Shown here: in pieces, positions 50,425 through 63,414 of the stretch | How positions within the stretch are numbered: position 1 is the first letter of the stretch | Layout of the letters: each line of letters starts with the position of its first letter | Source: Octopus sinensis | Lineage: Eukaryota | Direction of reading: 5' to 3' | DNA length: 64,000 nucleotides | Assembly (NCBI RefSeq): GCF_006345805.1 | Contig: NC_043002.1 | Location: forward strand, 78,182,001 to 78,246,000 | Translations under genes and position numbers: made by a program | Notes under the pieces: model-generated | The model's input: only the letters and a program-made list of their open reading frames with translations | Database searches by the model: none | What the model was told of the DNA's origin: nothing

Positions 50425-51913
50425 CTGAATAGCAATGTAACATTGATAACAATACTGTCATTCGTGAAGGACACATATCCTTTCTACTTTACAAGAAACA
50501 ATCCTGACAATACCTTTTAATTGGTAAAGTTTATCTAAAAACCATCAGAAAGCTATAAGAGAACCAGGGTACAAATGCTCAAGATAGTTTTTCTATCTAC
50601 CTAAATCATAAGTATATATATAGCTATTAATATTTTAATATAAAAATCCTTTAAATTAATGACTTGTGTATACGTGCAAGTCACATAATGCAACAGTTCA
50701 TAGGGACAACACTTCTGTCATGTAGTGTGTCTATGATGAGTCAGAAAAATGGAGTCTGTCTCTGCTCCTCTAACTCACATTCATGGGAAGATTTAAAATG
50801 CAAGCTATCTTGTTAACTAATTGATACTCATGCTGCTCAATCAAAGAGCTATATTCAACAATAATGATTTACAACTCTGTAGACTGCTTAACAAGAGTTA
50901 TGTGTCTTCATCATGAATACAGCACATTACCAGGACAGGATATAAACCATATCCCTATCAAATCAATCACCAGCAATTCCATTCCATTCTCTCTCTGTTT
51001 CTCTCTCTCTCACACAATAAAATTATAAAAAAGCTAATTTAAAAAATCAGTACATCAATTGAACATTAATGTTAGTTTGTTTAATTATATCTAATATACA
51101 ACTACTCTTCACAATTTTACTATTTGCTTGCAGAACCAGAAAGGAGCTTTTTGCAGTAGTCAGCTTTTTCAAAAATAAAAACAACCACAATTTGTTTCAA
51201 AATATGTAAGTTAAAATTGCATGTAATATAAATAGGTAACATTTGTATTTTGTGGATGAATAAAGGTAAGAATTATAATTCTGTTCTTCAGTTTACATTT
51301 TCTCTTTTGAAGACAAGAATGTCAAGCAAAGAACAGAATTAGCTTTGTCTTTGATTTTATATATGTCTGATCCATTGACAGGATATTCCTTAACAATCTG
51401 TCCAAGATTACCCTTGGTTTTTATGATACAAAACCACTTGTTTTACAGTGTTCTTATTTAAACCTTTTTGTTCAGTCCTTTTCCAAACACCCCCAAAACA
51501 GTTATATTACTAAATTTCTCCATCAAATGTATAAGCATTATATTTCACAAGAAATGTGGTAATGAAAGAGCTAATAGGTTTACAACAGAAATGCTTCATC
51601 AGTTTCAAAAGGAGAAGACACCAAGGATTTAAAAACAAACATGTCTACACCAGGAATTTTGGATAAATTTTTTAAAATTGTTATTTGCACTGTGTATAGT
51701 GGTATCTGAAACAATGATTTGCATATTTATTCTATATACATTTCAGCAAGATTCAAATGCAAATATGTTAGTTGTTGTGTATGTCACAGTAAAACAACTT
51801 TTCCTTTGAATGATAACAATGTGTTTATAACACACTTGGCTCATTAGGGCAAGGGATTGTGGGACACTGGTGTTTTAGACATGTGTCTTGTCAACTAGAA
51901 GGTACCCAGACCT

Positions 51914-52142
51914 TTAACCCTTTAGTGTTCAGATTATTCTGTTAAATGTAATACTTTTTCACTCAAATTGTTTTGAATTAATCATGCATTATCTTATAGC
52001 TTTGAGGTTTCAATGACGTGATTGTTTATTTTTAGAATGTCACTGTAGGTTAGGTGTGAGAGGCTGGATATCGCCAGTTTGAATATACAACATGTATAAT
52101 ATATTGGGCCGGATGTGGCCGGTTTAAACACTAAAGGGTTAA
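51914..52142. mobile_element. piggyBac-type MITE, complete
   Basis: TTAA|CCCTTTAGTGTT ... AACACTAAAGGG|TTAA. Confidence 0.85.
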
Positions 52143-53466
52143 ATCTAGAAGCTGATGGTTCTGTTTATAATTTCAGTAAACAAATTGTCAGGAAACAACT
52201 TAGTTTGTTTGCTGAAATCATAAACGAAAGCCATAGCTTATTTGGGCTCAAAGGTCCAGGTACTTCTGACTGACGAGACACATGTTAAAACATGTGCCTC
52301 AAGATCCCTTGCACTAATGAGCCAAGTGTGTTATGAACATATTGTTATTGTAAGAAGGGCAAGTTCTCCTGTGGCATACACAACAGCGACTAGCATATCT
52401 ATGTTCAAACCTGTTGGATCGTATTAAGAATAAATACGTAAATCATTATTAAGATAAATTATCTTTCACCTAATTAGCAGACACAATGAATCTTAGAACA
52501 TTCACCTCCATTTTAAAATATTAAAAAATAGCTTTTTTTTACTAGTCTGTAACAACAAATAAATATTCTATACACAATACTGTTCTTGTTCACTAAAGAT
52601 GTTTTAAAGAGTAAAATAAATCCATCTTAAATATACATCGCATTTTCTCTTCAGTAAATAAAATAAGTCATTCACAATTTTAATGGTGGTAGGGTGAGTG
52701 CTTATAATAAAAGCATTAAGTTATTGAATACTGCTATCAAATAATTGTTGACCATTTTTCTTAAGCCTTTTGTGCCCACATGTCTGTTGAAATATTTCAA
52801 TTACATCTGTAAAATACTCAAGAATTTGGAGAAATTTGATCAAACAACTTACTGTTCCATTATCAGGCTGCTGCAGTTGGAAGTATAACTCAACTAAATA
52901 ATACTAAAACTATGATAGGAGATTGCAATTTAAATATAAACACTGTAAATTAGATATTTTTGTATCATAGAACCAGAGGTAGTCTCCGATGGACTGATAT
53001 CAAAAATATTAAATAAACACCAATCTCATTTAAAAATTCCAGGGCTAATTCTAGAATTTGAGAAAACTGCTGAAGATATATTTGTCAGCAACAGTAAATC
53101 AAAAGGAAAGATTGTGGCTTTTACTATTGTTTGCCAAAGGGTTAAGAGTCTGTGAGGTTAGATTTCCTGCACCTTACAGCAGTTAAATTTATTTGATATT
53201 CCACAAACTCTTCTCGAGAAATTTCAGTCCAATTAACATTGTTTTTGTAGCTACTTCATTTCAAAACAATTGTCATGTTCACTATTGTGCATTTGGAGAA
53301 ATTTCTAAACAACCCATGCTTTTTGTGGGAGAATTTTGGTCAAAGTGTTAAGTTTTTCTCTCCATCCAGTTTAAAGCAAGGTTAATTATGTACATCGTAA
53401 CAAATACGAAAAAGTATAAACCAGTTTTGTATACAGACTGTGACACAATGTCTGACAAATTCTTAC

Positions 53467-53547
53467 CGTTTCTCGAGAATTTCAATAGTTAATTGTAACA
53501 TTTCTTTTTTCGTTTTCTCTCTCCTTTTAATCATTTCAAGTAATGTC
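53467..53547 (-). CDS. EPC1: Enhancer of polycomb homolog exon (TLLEMIKRREKTKKEMLQLTIEILEK)
   Basis: tttgcag/gtaaga boundaries; strongly similar to the EPC1 EPC-A coiled coil. Confidence 0.95.
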
Positions 53548-53725
53548 CTGCAAACAAAATAGAAGGAAATGCACTTTTCATAAACATAAATACACACACA
53601 CACACACAATTAAAGAGTTCAATATTCAGGAAAGATTTAACAAAATAATAGTTAGGTTCATGAAGTAAATACTTGAATATATATGAACTTATAAACTTCT
53701 TAAGCACACAGACATGTCTGCATCC

Positions 53726-54040
53726 CTAGGCACAGACATGGCTTGTGCTTAAGAAGTTCACAACTACATGGTTTCAGGTTCAGTTTCACTGCATAGCATC
53801 TTAGACAAGTGTTTTCTACTATAGGCCCAAGCCATGATGGGGGCATTGCAGGTGTGTGTGTGTGTGTGCACATGTGTACATTAGTGTTTGTCTCTCACCA
53901 CTTGACAATTGCTGTTGGCATGTTTACATACCCTCGATTTAGTGGAAACTGGTAGAATAATCATTTAGATCAATTTGATCAACTAAATCCTTCAAAATGG
54001 TGTCTGGGCAAGACCGCAGTTTAATGATTGAAACCAGTAA
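53726..54040 (+). mobile_element. Diverged SINE family A copy
   Basis: GGTTCAGTTTCACTGC...CAAGTGTTTTCTACTATAG...GATTGAAACCAGTAAA. Confidence 0.65.
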
Positions 54041-55889
54041 ATCCTTTATCTGGGAAAATTTCAATTCTTTTAACCTGGAATCTCACCAGCAAGGTGGGTC
54101 CAAAGTATGAAACAATATTTTGTAAAGCCAATAGCTGATATAAAATAGTTTAAAGGTCTTGGTTGGGATGCTGTCATTACAAAAGGTCCTTATTCAAATA
54201 TCATATATTTGAAAAGTTAGCTCTCCATTTCAATCGCCAAAGATAGAGCACAATTTTTGTTTTCAAATGTATGCAAGCTTCTTCTCTCCAGCTTTCAACA
54301 TTGTCAAAAGGAAAGGCTGCCATCTTATGGCTAGTATAGCTTGGCACTTGTGCTGTCACCAGTGATGCTGTCATATCACAAGGCATCCCATCTGACACCC
54401 TAACAGTTCTATCACTCCAATGCTCTGAAGGAATGAAAGGTAAAGTTGACCTCTGCAGGGATTGAACTCAGAGCACAGGGGAAATTTGAATATATAGTAT
54501 CCAGCACTCAAACAACTCTGCCAATTTTCTGTCATTGAAAGACTGTTGAATGTTGGGTTAATCAAGAAACATATCATCATCATTTAATGTCCATTGGGTT
54601 GGACAGTGTGACCAAAGCTATTAAACTGTGGGGGATGCACCTGACTCCAGCCTGGTTTGGCATGGTTTCTATGGCTGAATGCCCTGCTTAACACCAACCA
54701 TTTTACAGAGTATGCTGGGTGCTTTTATGTGGCACCATGCAGGCACTTTTTTATACAACACCACACAGGTGCTTTTACATGTTGCCAATGGGCACTTTTA
54801 CATGCCACTGCATGGGTGCTTTTACATGGCACCACTATGAGTGCTTTATACCACCAGAAGGATTGGACCTAATATTTTTGTTGTGGAGAATGGATCTTCT
54901 TGAGTATAGCCAGGCACCAGGTATCTCAGCCCTTTGTCATCTCACTTGAAAGGTTCAGCTTCATGAGGTCATTCTTCAGTACATGATCCAAAATATATAC
55001 ATGTATGTTAATAACAAACAGTGAGAATAAGTGCTCAGCACTGCATTGGTGAGGTGGCATGCTCGAACAATTGTGACAAGCTAAATTTAACTCCAAGGAA
55101 AAAATTTAACTATGTGGACATTTTCAATGAACATCACCATGTTTTTGCACTTGTGAAGAATAAGTGAGAAAGATTCTGAAGAACTTCAGTCACAGCATTT
55201 TAGTTTCATTAATATATTTTATATGTGCTGAACTAGATTTTGGAATAGGAGTTATTTCATAAGGAAATAGGAATAATAATAAAAAAAAATTTAACAAGTC
55301 TTTATTAAGATAATTTTTTCAGAATTGTTGATGTCATCTTCAGAGATAGATGAGCATTAGTGGCAAGTACATTATTCTCCTTAGTTTAAAAATAGAGATC
55401 TGTATTTCAAATCAAGTCAATTGAAATATAGGCTTCATAATTATCATTGTTTTAACATCTGCTTTTCCAAACTTGCATAAGTCAGATGAATGTATGTTGG
55501 GACAGAGTTTTCTATATCTGGAAACCTCATCTATATCCAACCAAGGTAATAATCTCCCAGTCTGTCAAACAACAAAGAGTCTGGGAATGGTTGTGCATAG
55601 AACTAGAAGCAAATGATCTCAAGTGAAGGAGGCTTTTGTTTACAAAAACCATGCAACATATCAAGACATGTAAAGAAGCCCAGAAATGCTTTTGCAATGC
55701 ACTGCAAACAAATGGCACTTTTCTCATGAACAGCAAGACCATTGTAGATGTAAATATTAGAAAATTATTAATTTCTAAATTCTTTTATTGTTTAATCACT
55801 TTCAGTCATTAGACTACAACCGTTTTGGCTCACTGCCTTTGAAAGTTGAATAGTTCAAAATTTTCTCAGGCATTTAATTCTATACTTAC

Positions 55890-55957
55890 ACAGCCCTGTA
55901 AAGATCACGTCTTAACTTCAACATTTTTTCATAAGATGCTTCATCGTTTTTTCGATT
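55890..55957 (-). CDS. EPC1: Enhancer of polycomb homolog exon (NRKNDEASYEKMLKLRRDLYRA)
   Basis: ccag/gtaagt boundaries; essentially identical to EPC1 NRKNDEASYEKMLKLRRDL. Confidence 0.96.
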
Positions 55958-56169
55958 CTGGAAGGGGAAAAAAATTATGCAATTAATATAAAATAATTAA
56001 AATAGGGAAAGGGGAGACATATACTTTCAATCAATAAACCTTTTTCTTTATTTTGAGAACAAATATTGTAATTACTCATGGGAATAATCAATAAAATATA
56101 TATTTGCAAAAATAACAAAAAAGGGCTATTATTTACAAAAGAAAACCAAAATGAAAAATTAGCTCTTAC

Positions 56170-56277
56170 TTTTCGGGTTTGCATCTTTTCAGTTCTTCGT
56201 CTAAAAGCTACATATGGATTATTGGTTGTTGATCCATCTCTTTTCTCAGTTTTCACTTGAAGTATTAATGGATGTTG
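56170..56277 (-). CDS. EPC1: Enhancer of polycomb homolog exon (QHPLILQVKTEKRDGSTTNNPYVAFRRRTEKMQTRK)
   Basis: ttttacag/gtaaga boundaries; hallmark PYVAFRRRTEKMQTRK. Confidence 0.96.
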
Positions 56278-56939
56278 CTGTAAAAGCAAGGATTGAATAC
56301 AAATGAAGTTAATTCTGAAGGAAATTGAATTTCCAGAAGGGAAATAATTTAAAACCAAACAAAAATAATCATTTATGAATTAATTTGAATAGAAATTTTC
56401 AAATTACATAATAAAGCAATCTAAAGAGTATTTGAATTAATATGTTTTGGTTCATCTGTGAAAAAGAATCATTTTATTGATGAAAGAAAAAATTCAATTT
56501 ATTGATAAATCTATCTTTTAGAATTCACACTGGGATTTTAAGAATATTGAACATAAATAATAACAAAAAAGTTTCTTAATTACCGGAGTTGAAAGATAAT
56601 TATTTTAAGGGAGTTTATCAAACGCATTCACTGATGACATCTGAGATGCAAGCAATTACTGAACATTTTACTGGTAGAGAAGGGATTAGTTAAGTAATAG
56701 AGCGATTGATCTACAATATCATTATCATTAGGTCGAGCTTGCTTGGGTTCTCATGACCCCGATTCCCCCCTCCCTATCTCTACCTTCTGTGACATGTAAT
56801 AATTTCTCTTGGTGACATCCAGTATTATCGGTTAACTGATTGATGTGTGAGTTTGCAGGATGACCAATGTGATTACAACCAAGTTGAGCTGCCCAATGTC
56901 CAGCGGTGGCCAGCAAAACAAACTCTTCTTTATTTAATT

Positions 56940-57445
56940 ATATATAATAATTTTTGTAGCTAATTGTATAAAATTTCTTTGGTAGGGTGTTCTTTCCAGG
57001 ACCAACTCAAAATAGTTTGAAGCATGCATGTGTAGGTGGCGTCTAGCAAAACTTCATATTTACTAAGTCAGAAAACACCCTTTTCAAACTCCACCCATCT
57101 AACACCCGTGGACATATTTACAAAGTCAGAAAACAGCACAGCTCCCATGACATTAGGAAACATTTTTTCACGCTGCGAGTTGCTGAAGCATGGAACAAAC
57201 TGCCGGCATCAGTTGTTAGTTGTTGGAGCACTGCATCCTTCAAAACTTCCATGCTTCCTGAGATTCGCCAACACTACACCTGATTTTCTCCCCTCCATAC
57301 ACACACAAGCATGTATCTGACTCATGCATTGTTCGCTTTCCAGACATTTGTACATTACTGCATGTGCTTTATATGCACTGTCTGACAAGTTGTGGTGCAC
57401 TTGAGCACTGTATACAATAATTTCATTATTATTATTTTATTATTC
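56940..57445 (+). mobile_element. CR1-type LINE 3' end (ORF2 C-terminus, 3' UTR, (ATT)n tail)
   Basis: TRGH.YKVRKQHSSHDIRKHFFTLRVAEAWNKLPASVVSC.STASFKTSM, the typical CR1 RGH..K...FF..RV...WN.LP..VV motif. Confidence 0.85.
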
Positions 57446-59130
57446 AAGTCTTTTGGTGAGCATCAGGTGAAAGAGCCATAAAACAACATAGTCAACTACT
57501 GTATAGAAGAAGTTAGAATCTTCCTGCTATTTTGTTAGTCTTAGACTTCTCAAAAGCTTTTGATTTTAGTTCATAGAGAAGCATAATTTACCATTCTAAG
57601 GCACCCCTCAAGAAATATAATGTAATAATGCTTTACAAGCTAAGATTTTAATTAGAGACCTGATAGGAAAACAGATTTTCCCAACATTTTTGTTACTTTA
57701 CAGGGAGTCACTCTCACACCTTTCTTATTTTATACTGTCTCAACGAAGTCCCCTGCACTTCAATAGATTACAAGGAGTTTAGTTTCACCCTCACAAAAAT
57801 CAAGAAATTCCAGATCTGAACAATAACAAATGCAGATTACCCTGATGACTTAGCATTAATGTCAGAAGTAACTGCAGAAGCTACTACCTTACATCACAAT
57901 CTGGAGGATGTATCAGAAGACATTGAACTCTTATGTGAACATTGGAAAAACAGAATTCATCTTTATTGGAAGGGACAATTACTTGGTTGTTTGCAAGCTA
58001 GATAAAACAAGTAAATTCCTTCGCACACCTCTACACAGTCAGATGTAAAGTATGTATCAACAAAGCTTGTGGAGCACTTAAATATCTCAGTAAATGGAAA
58101 CCTAAGCAGAGGGTCTATTTACAATAAAGTATCAAAAATTAACGGTAAATGAAATGTTGTGCCACTGTATTTGAAAAATATCATGGCAGTGCTCCATTAT
58201 GGCCACGTAGGTGAAACCAATAAAAGAATAAAATATAATATTAAAAGATCTTAGTGCAAGTACAAGAATATATTTAAAGTTTCTATTTCTATTTCTCCCA
58301 CCATTACTTTTCTTTATAAACTAATAGGTTATAATTCAAAATTTTGATACAATTCAGGAACAAAACACAACAGTAGAATATTTATTATAATTACATATCT
58401 GAAATATTGTTATACCTATTTTATTTTTGCTTTGTTTCACATCTATTTTTCTTTGTCTGTGGGATAGTATTTGAAAATTATATTTGCATATGTATTTCTG
58501 ACTCAAAATATTTTTACTGTCAAGATATCGTTGAGTGTATCCTAGTTTTAGAATAAAAACATCATATCCCAGTGTGCAGTAAGATGAAACTAAAAGGGTT
58601 AGCAAGGGAAAGGGCCTCTGGCCATAAACATTACTTCAAGAAGTCCTGTTCAACCTGTATCATCATAGAAAAACAGATATAAAAAATGATGATAATTTTT
58701 CTGTACACTAACCTACAAATGTTATGGTCACTGCCTCCTTTCCATTCATTATCTTATTTTTAAAAAAATGAATAAGATAACTTTCCTATTTATAATGGTT
58801 CAATTTGAAAGTGACAAGTGACACCCAAAATAGAGTGTGTGGAGCAAGACAGATAATGCACAAAGCCTATAGAAAAAGTAAACCCCTTGGACATTACTAT
58901 TTCAAGTCCTAGGGCTCAAGGGGCTGGTTACTTGGTTTCCATGGTGTATAAGTGACCAAGATCACAACATTCCTACTGAATGGGATACCAGTCCATCACC
59001 AGGTAACTCATTTTACAGCTGAATGAATTGAAGCAGAATAAAGTGAAGTGTTTTGCTCAAGAACACAACAAACTGCCCAGTCTAGGAATCGAAATCACAA
59101 TCTTGTGAACCTGAGTGCAATACTCTAATG

Positions 59131-59280
59131 CAGTGGTTTTCAACCAGGGTTCCGCAAGTACAGTCCAGGGGGTCCGCAAGAAGTTACAAAAATGCTAAAA
59201 TCTCCTGTGCAGATATGTGTGCATTTATTGCACAGGGGTTCCTCGAGCCAGTGGAATGTTTGAAAGTTTGAAAAGCACTG
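59131..59280. mobile_element. hAT-family MITE with perfect 8-bp TSD, nested in a SINE
   Basis: CTCTAATG|CAGTGGTTTTCAA...TTGAAAAGCACTG|CTCTAATG. Confidence 0.9.
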
Positions 59281-59344
59281 CTCTAATGACTATCCTATGT
59301 GTCTTCATGCATGGCTTATAGATGTAATAGAATTTGTTTCAGTT

Positions 59345-59577
59345 TGACCCTTTAGCATTTAAACCGACTATATCTGGCCAGAATATTCTACCTGTTTTAA
59401 GGTCAAACCAGCCAGATCTGACCTCTCACACCTAGCCTACAATGTCATTCTAAAAGTAAACAATCACACCATTTGAAATTATGAAGCTACAAATTTAAAA
59501 CATGACTAATTCAATACAATGGGAATAAATAATAAGTGTAAAATTTCATAAATTAATTTGAATGTTAAAAGGGTTAA
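59345..59577. mobile_element. piggyBac-type MITE (reverse of 51914-52142)
   Basis: CCCTTTAGCATTT...GAATGTTAAAAGGG|TTAA. Confidence 0.75.
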
Positions 59578-59979
59578 ATCTGTCACTTTAGTATTAGATT
59601 ATTGCTGTGAAAACTACCAGCAACTGAAACTCTGTTTTGTGGCGGTAGAAAAATAAACGAACACAATAACCTTATTTGTAACATATAATGGTATGAATAC
59701 CAAGGTGGATGAGGCGTTGGATTACAAATTGGACAGGATAAGGTTTGAAACTTCATTGTTAAGTTTTATGCTGTGTTAAAGATGAAGTACATTACTGAAA
59801 TATCATACCACACTCCCATTTCACAGCTGAGTGATTAATTTTTAGTTAGTCATCAGCTCAAACAATTACACGAAAGAAATGTATAAACCAATGAAGGAAC
59901 TTCTATGTAGTCATTCAATCTGTCAGAAATAGCACCTAAATTTTCCTCAAATTACGCCCTACAATCTTGAAAAAGAGGG

Positions 59980-60310
59980 TAAAGACCCCCTTCGGTCATG
60001 AGTGACCATGGGTTTGCACCTAGAGAGTTACCCTCTGAGGCACAAGTCTGGGCAAGGTTGTTTTATGGAAGACCAGTAGTCGCCCATGCATACCAGCCTC
60101 CCCTCTCCACGCCACCAGTGTTATCCAAGGGAAAGACAAAGGTCGATACAGCTTGGCACCTGTGACGTCGCAACTCATTTCTACAGCTGAGTGAACTGGA
60201 GCAACGTGAAATAAAGTGTCTTGCTCAAGAACACAACACGCAGCCCGGTCCGGGATTCGAGCTCACAACCTCACGATCGTAAGCTCGACGCTCTAACCAC
60301 TGAGCCATGC
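59980..60310 (-). mobile_element. Young tRNA-derived SINE (family C)
   Basis: Minus strand GCATGGCTCAGTGGTTAGAGCGTCG...GAGCTCGAATCCCGG (A/B boxes), then GTGTTCTTGAGCAAGACACTTTATTTCACGTTGCTCCAGTTCACTCAGCTGTAG; older copies at 36740-36925 and 58920-59130. Confidence 0.85.
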
Positions 60311-60833
60311 AGGGACATATTAAATAATGTAGCCCTAGATATATAATTCTTGAGAAAGGCAGGATAACCAAGGTTGGAATCAAGGATGTCTTGGGGCTTA
60401 AGAATAACTTTTTTCTTTATTTCCATTCCATGTATCTATGCACACTGGCCTGTCTCTTGAGAGTTTGAGTAGCATATCAGCTTTTCTTTGAGAAGGGTTT
60501 GCTAGAGTCTTGCTCAATCCTTCTCCATTTGTGAAGACAAGGACAAGGTAAACAGTCTGTAATGATCCATCTCACAATGCAACATAACCAATTCTGTGAG
60601 AGTGAAGGGGTGAGAGAAAAACCATTTCCCTAATGCTCATAAGGAAAACATTAATATCATTAATATTAATATTAAGGAAAACATTAATATCATTAATATT
60701 AAAAATGGAAGAGTATCTTTAAAAATCTATTTTTCAGTCAATTCCATGTGAATAGTTAACATGAAAAGCACAGTTACTTACATGGATTGCCTAAAAGCCA
60801 CAAATTCAAATTTTATTTATAGACTATTTACAG

Positions 60834-61165
60834 ATGCAGGAGTGGCTGTGTGGTAAGTAGCTTGCTTACCAATCACATGGTTCCATGTTCAGTCCAGTCC
60901 CGTTGTGTGACATCTTGGGCAAGTGTCTTCTACTATAGCCTCCAGCTGACCAAAGCCTTGTGTGTTTGTTGACCCCCCACCCCCATCGCTTGACAACCGG
61001 TGTTACTGTGTTTATGTCCCCATAACTTGGTTCGGCAAAAAGATACCAATAGAATAAGTACTAGGCCTACAAAGAATAAGTCCTGGGGTCGATTTGTTCA
61101 ACTAAAGGCAGTGTTCCAGCATGGCAGCAGTCAGATGACTGAAACAAGTAAAAGAATAAAAGAAT
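60834..61165 (+). mobile_element. SINE family A copy
   Basis: GCAGGAGTGGCTGTGTGGTAAGTAGCTTGC...GACTGAAACAAGTAAAAGAATAAAAG; ends ~50 nt from an EPC1 donor site. Confidence 0.88.
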
Positions 61166-61215
61166 ATTTCTTGAGAAAGCAAAACACAAAGAAGTATTTC
61201 TATATTTCGACTTAC

Positions 61216-61311
61216 AGTTCGTAATCGTTTGTTTAACCAGTAATCATACACAGCAATAATCAAGTCATCATCTTCTTTCAGTAATAGTTTTGCCTCTTGA
61301 AGTGTAACAAC
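61216..61311 (-). CDS. EPC1: Enhancer of polycomb homolog exon (VVTLQEAKLLLKEDDDLIIAVYDYWLNKRLRT), most 5' exon in the window
   Basis: gcacag/gtaagt boundaries; matches EPC1 LQEAKLLLKEDDELIREVYEYWIKKR. Confidence 0.95.
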
Positions 61312-63053
61312 CTGTGCAGAATGAAGAATAAATAAAATAAATAAACAGCAATAATACAAACTATAAGCAACCACTCTCCCTAGAAAACCTCCCAGCAAAT
61401 AAATATTTCATAATAGCAATGATTAAAAATGAAACTTCTATTTTTAATATTTTTTCAACAAAATTTTACTGAAATTACTCAATCATAGTTTTACATAAGA
61501 ATCTATAGTAGTGTCATAAACATCAGCTATGTTAAATATACAAAAGAAAAAAAAAAGTCATTGGTATTTTTGCTAAATCTCCCATAATCTTCATTTTGAA
61601 AAATGAAAGGAAACATTTATACACTAAAGTAAGAAACAGGATTAGGAATGTTAATTATATTGCATTTCCTGAATATTTTATATAACTGTTTGTGAGCTAC
61701 AGTATTATTTGTGACACGACTTTCAATGGAACAATCACTAGTTCACTACACTTTAAAGAGTAGCAAGGGAGTGTCTCTGTAACACAAGTGGAACAAATGC
61801 CACAGGGTATTTTTGCCCCAAAGTGGTTTTCTCAATGATGTTTACATGTTTTGCTAATATACACTAACAAAAAGTACATACATACATACATACACAGACA
61901 CTATATTTTCCAATATAAAAGTTAGATTCTTTAGACCAAAATTTAGAGCAAAAAAAAAAGAAGAGAAAAAAAAAGACTTACACACCTACACAACTTCGGA
62001 GGATTCTAAATTCCATGTGAAATGCAGCAGGGTTTGGAAAGACAAGTGACGATGTTTTACTGTTTACAATACATATTATACTGACTTGTATGCCGGAAAA
62101 TACTATAAGGGGCTACTGCAAGCTTGCAGGCTACTGGTCAATCTGAGGTTGTGGTGGTATACAAGTCCACAGTGCCACATGGATGAGAACCACATGTTTG
62201 AGAAGTAAACTTCTTAACCACACAGCCATATCGGTATCCATGTGCTGTCAATTGTTCAATTTTAACCAAACTTAAGATTTGGTAAACAATAATCTGGAGA
62301 GTCTCAACAGCTTAGTGAATATGGTACTAGCTTCTTATGTGTAAGGTTGTAATTCTGTATCACACACTACACATACTATACTTGAGTGATCATGTTGTTG
62401 AAGTTTGAAACAGTTTCCAGTACTGAGTTTAAATCTTGTCAAGACTACCTTAGCATTTATTCCTGACCATGCATAGTAGAAATGCAGCAGTAAAGTTTTC
62501 CAACCTTTGCTGAAGCTATGCTGATGATACACATTCAAGAACTATGTAGATCCCCAAAAGACCTTGTCTAAGTTGATAGGGATTAGTTCTGCCATCACCA
62601 TGTACCATGAAGCGTCAAATATGTCCACCAACCCCTTGACCTCTGCATTTAGAAATCTGCACTTGATAGGATCACCATATCAGAGGGAGGGAGGGAGGGA
62701 GGAAGGATGGATGGATAGACAGACAGACAGACAGACAGATATATAGATAGATAGATATAACTATATTCATATAACAAATACATATAACTGTATTCAGAAG
62801 AAAAACACATGTACATACAAAAATATATATATATATATATTTATCTGCATCACTATCTCCATACCAGCTCACCTGGGTTTCTCTTACTGCCACTCTTTAT
62901 CCCATGGACCTAGTCCCTGATAAAGATTTCACAGTTTAGGTTCAAATTATCTGAGCACTACTATGAGCTTTCTATATTGAGCATCATTAGCTCTCACCTT
63001 CTGATTAGATGTATGTGTGCGTATAATATATATATATATTATATATATATATA

Positions 63054-63205
63054 AATCAGAAAATAGAGAAAGGCCTCAGATTAAAAAGCACATAAACATA
63101 TTGGTTAGACCACATTTATAGCTTATTTTTGTATTTAAAAAATAAGCTATAAATGTGGTCCAACCGATGTGTTTGTTAATCTGAGGTTTTCTCCATTTTC
63201 TGATT
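63054..63205. repeat. ~150-bp inverted repeat at the end of a (TA)n-embedded insert
   Basis: Perfect core GACCACATTTATAGCTTATTTTT / AAAAATAAGCTATAAATGTGGTC, extended by CCTCAGATTAA / TTAATCTGAGG and AATCAGAAAAT / ATTTTCTGATT. Confidence 0.85.
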
Positions 63206-63372
63206 ATTTATATTTGTTTCCTGATAAACTCTTGTTTATCCTGTTGTTACCTGCGCTCTATGTGCATAGTGTGCCTGCACACCAATGCCTGGAGTACATA
63301 CAGACAGTACATACAGACACTTATCCCTTAGTTGGTTATTATAATCGCTAACTCTGTTTACACTATATATAA

Positions 63373-63411
<39 letters not shown>

Positions 63412-63414
<3 letters not shown>

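Noticed and set aside
60240-60310. tRNA gene
   Set aside because: The tRNA-like head continues directly into a SINE body present in several copies; no complete acceptor stem or terminator.
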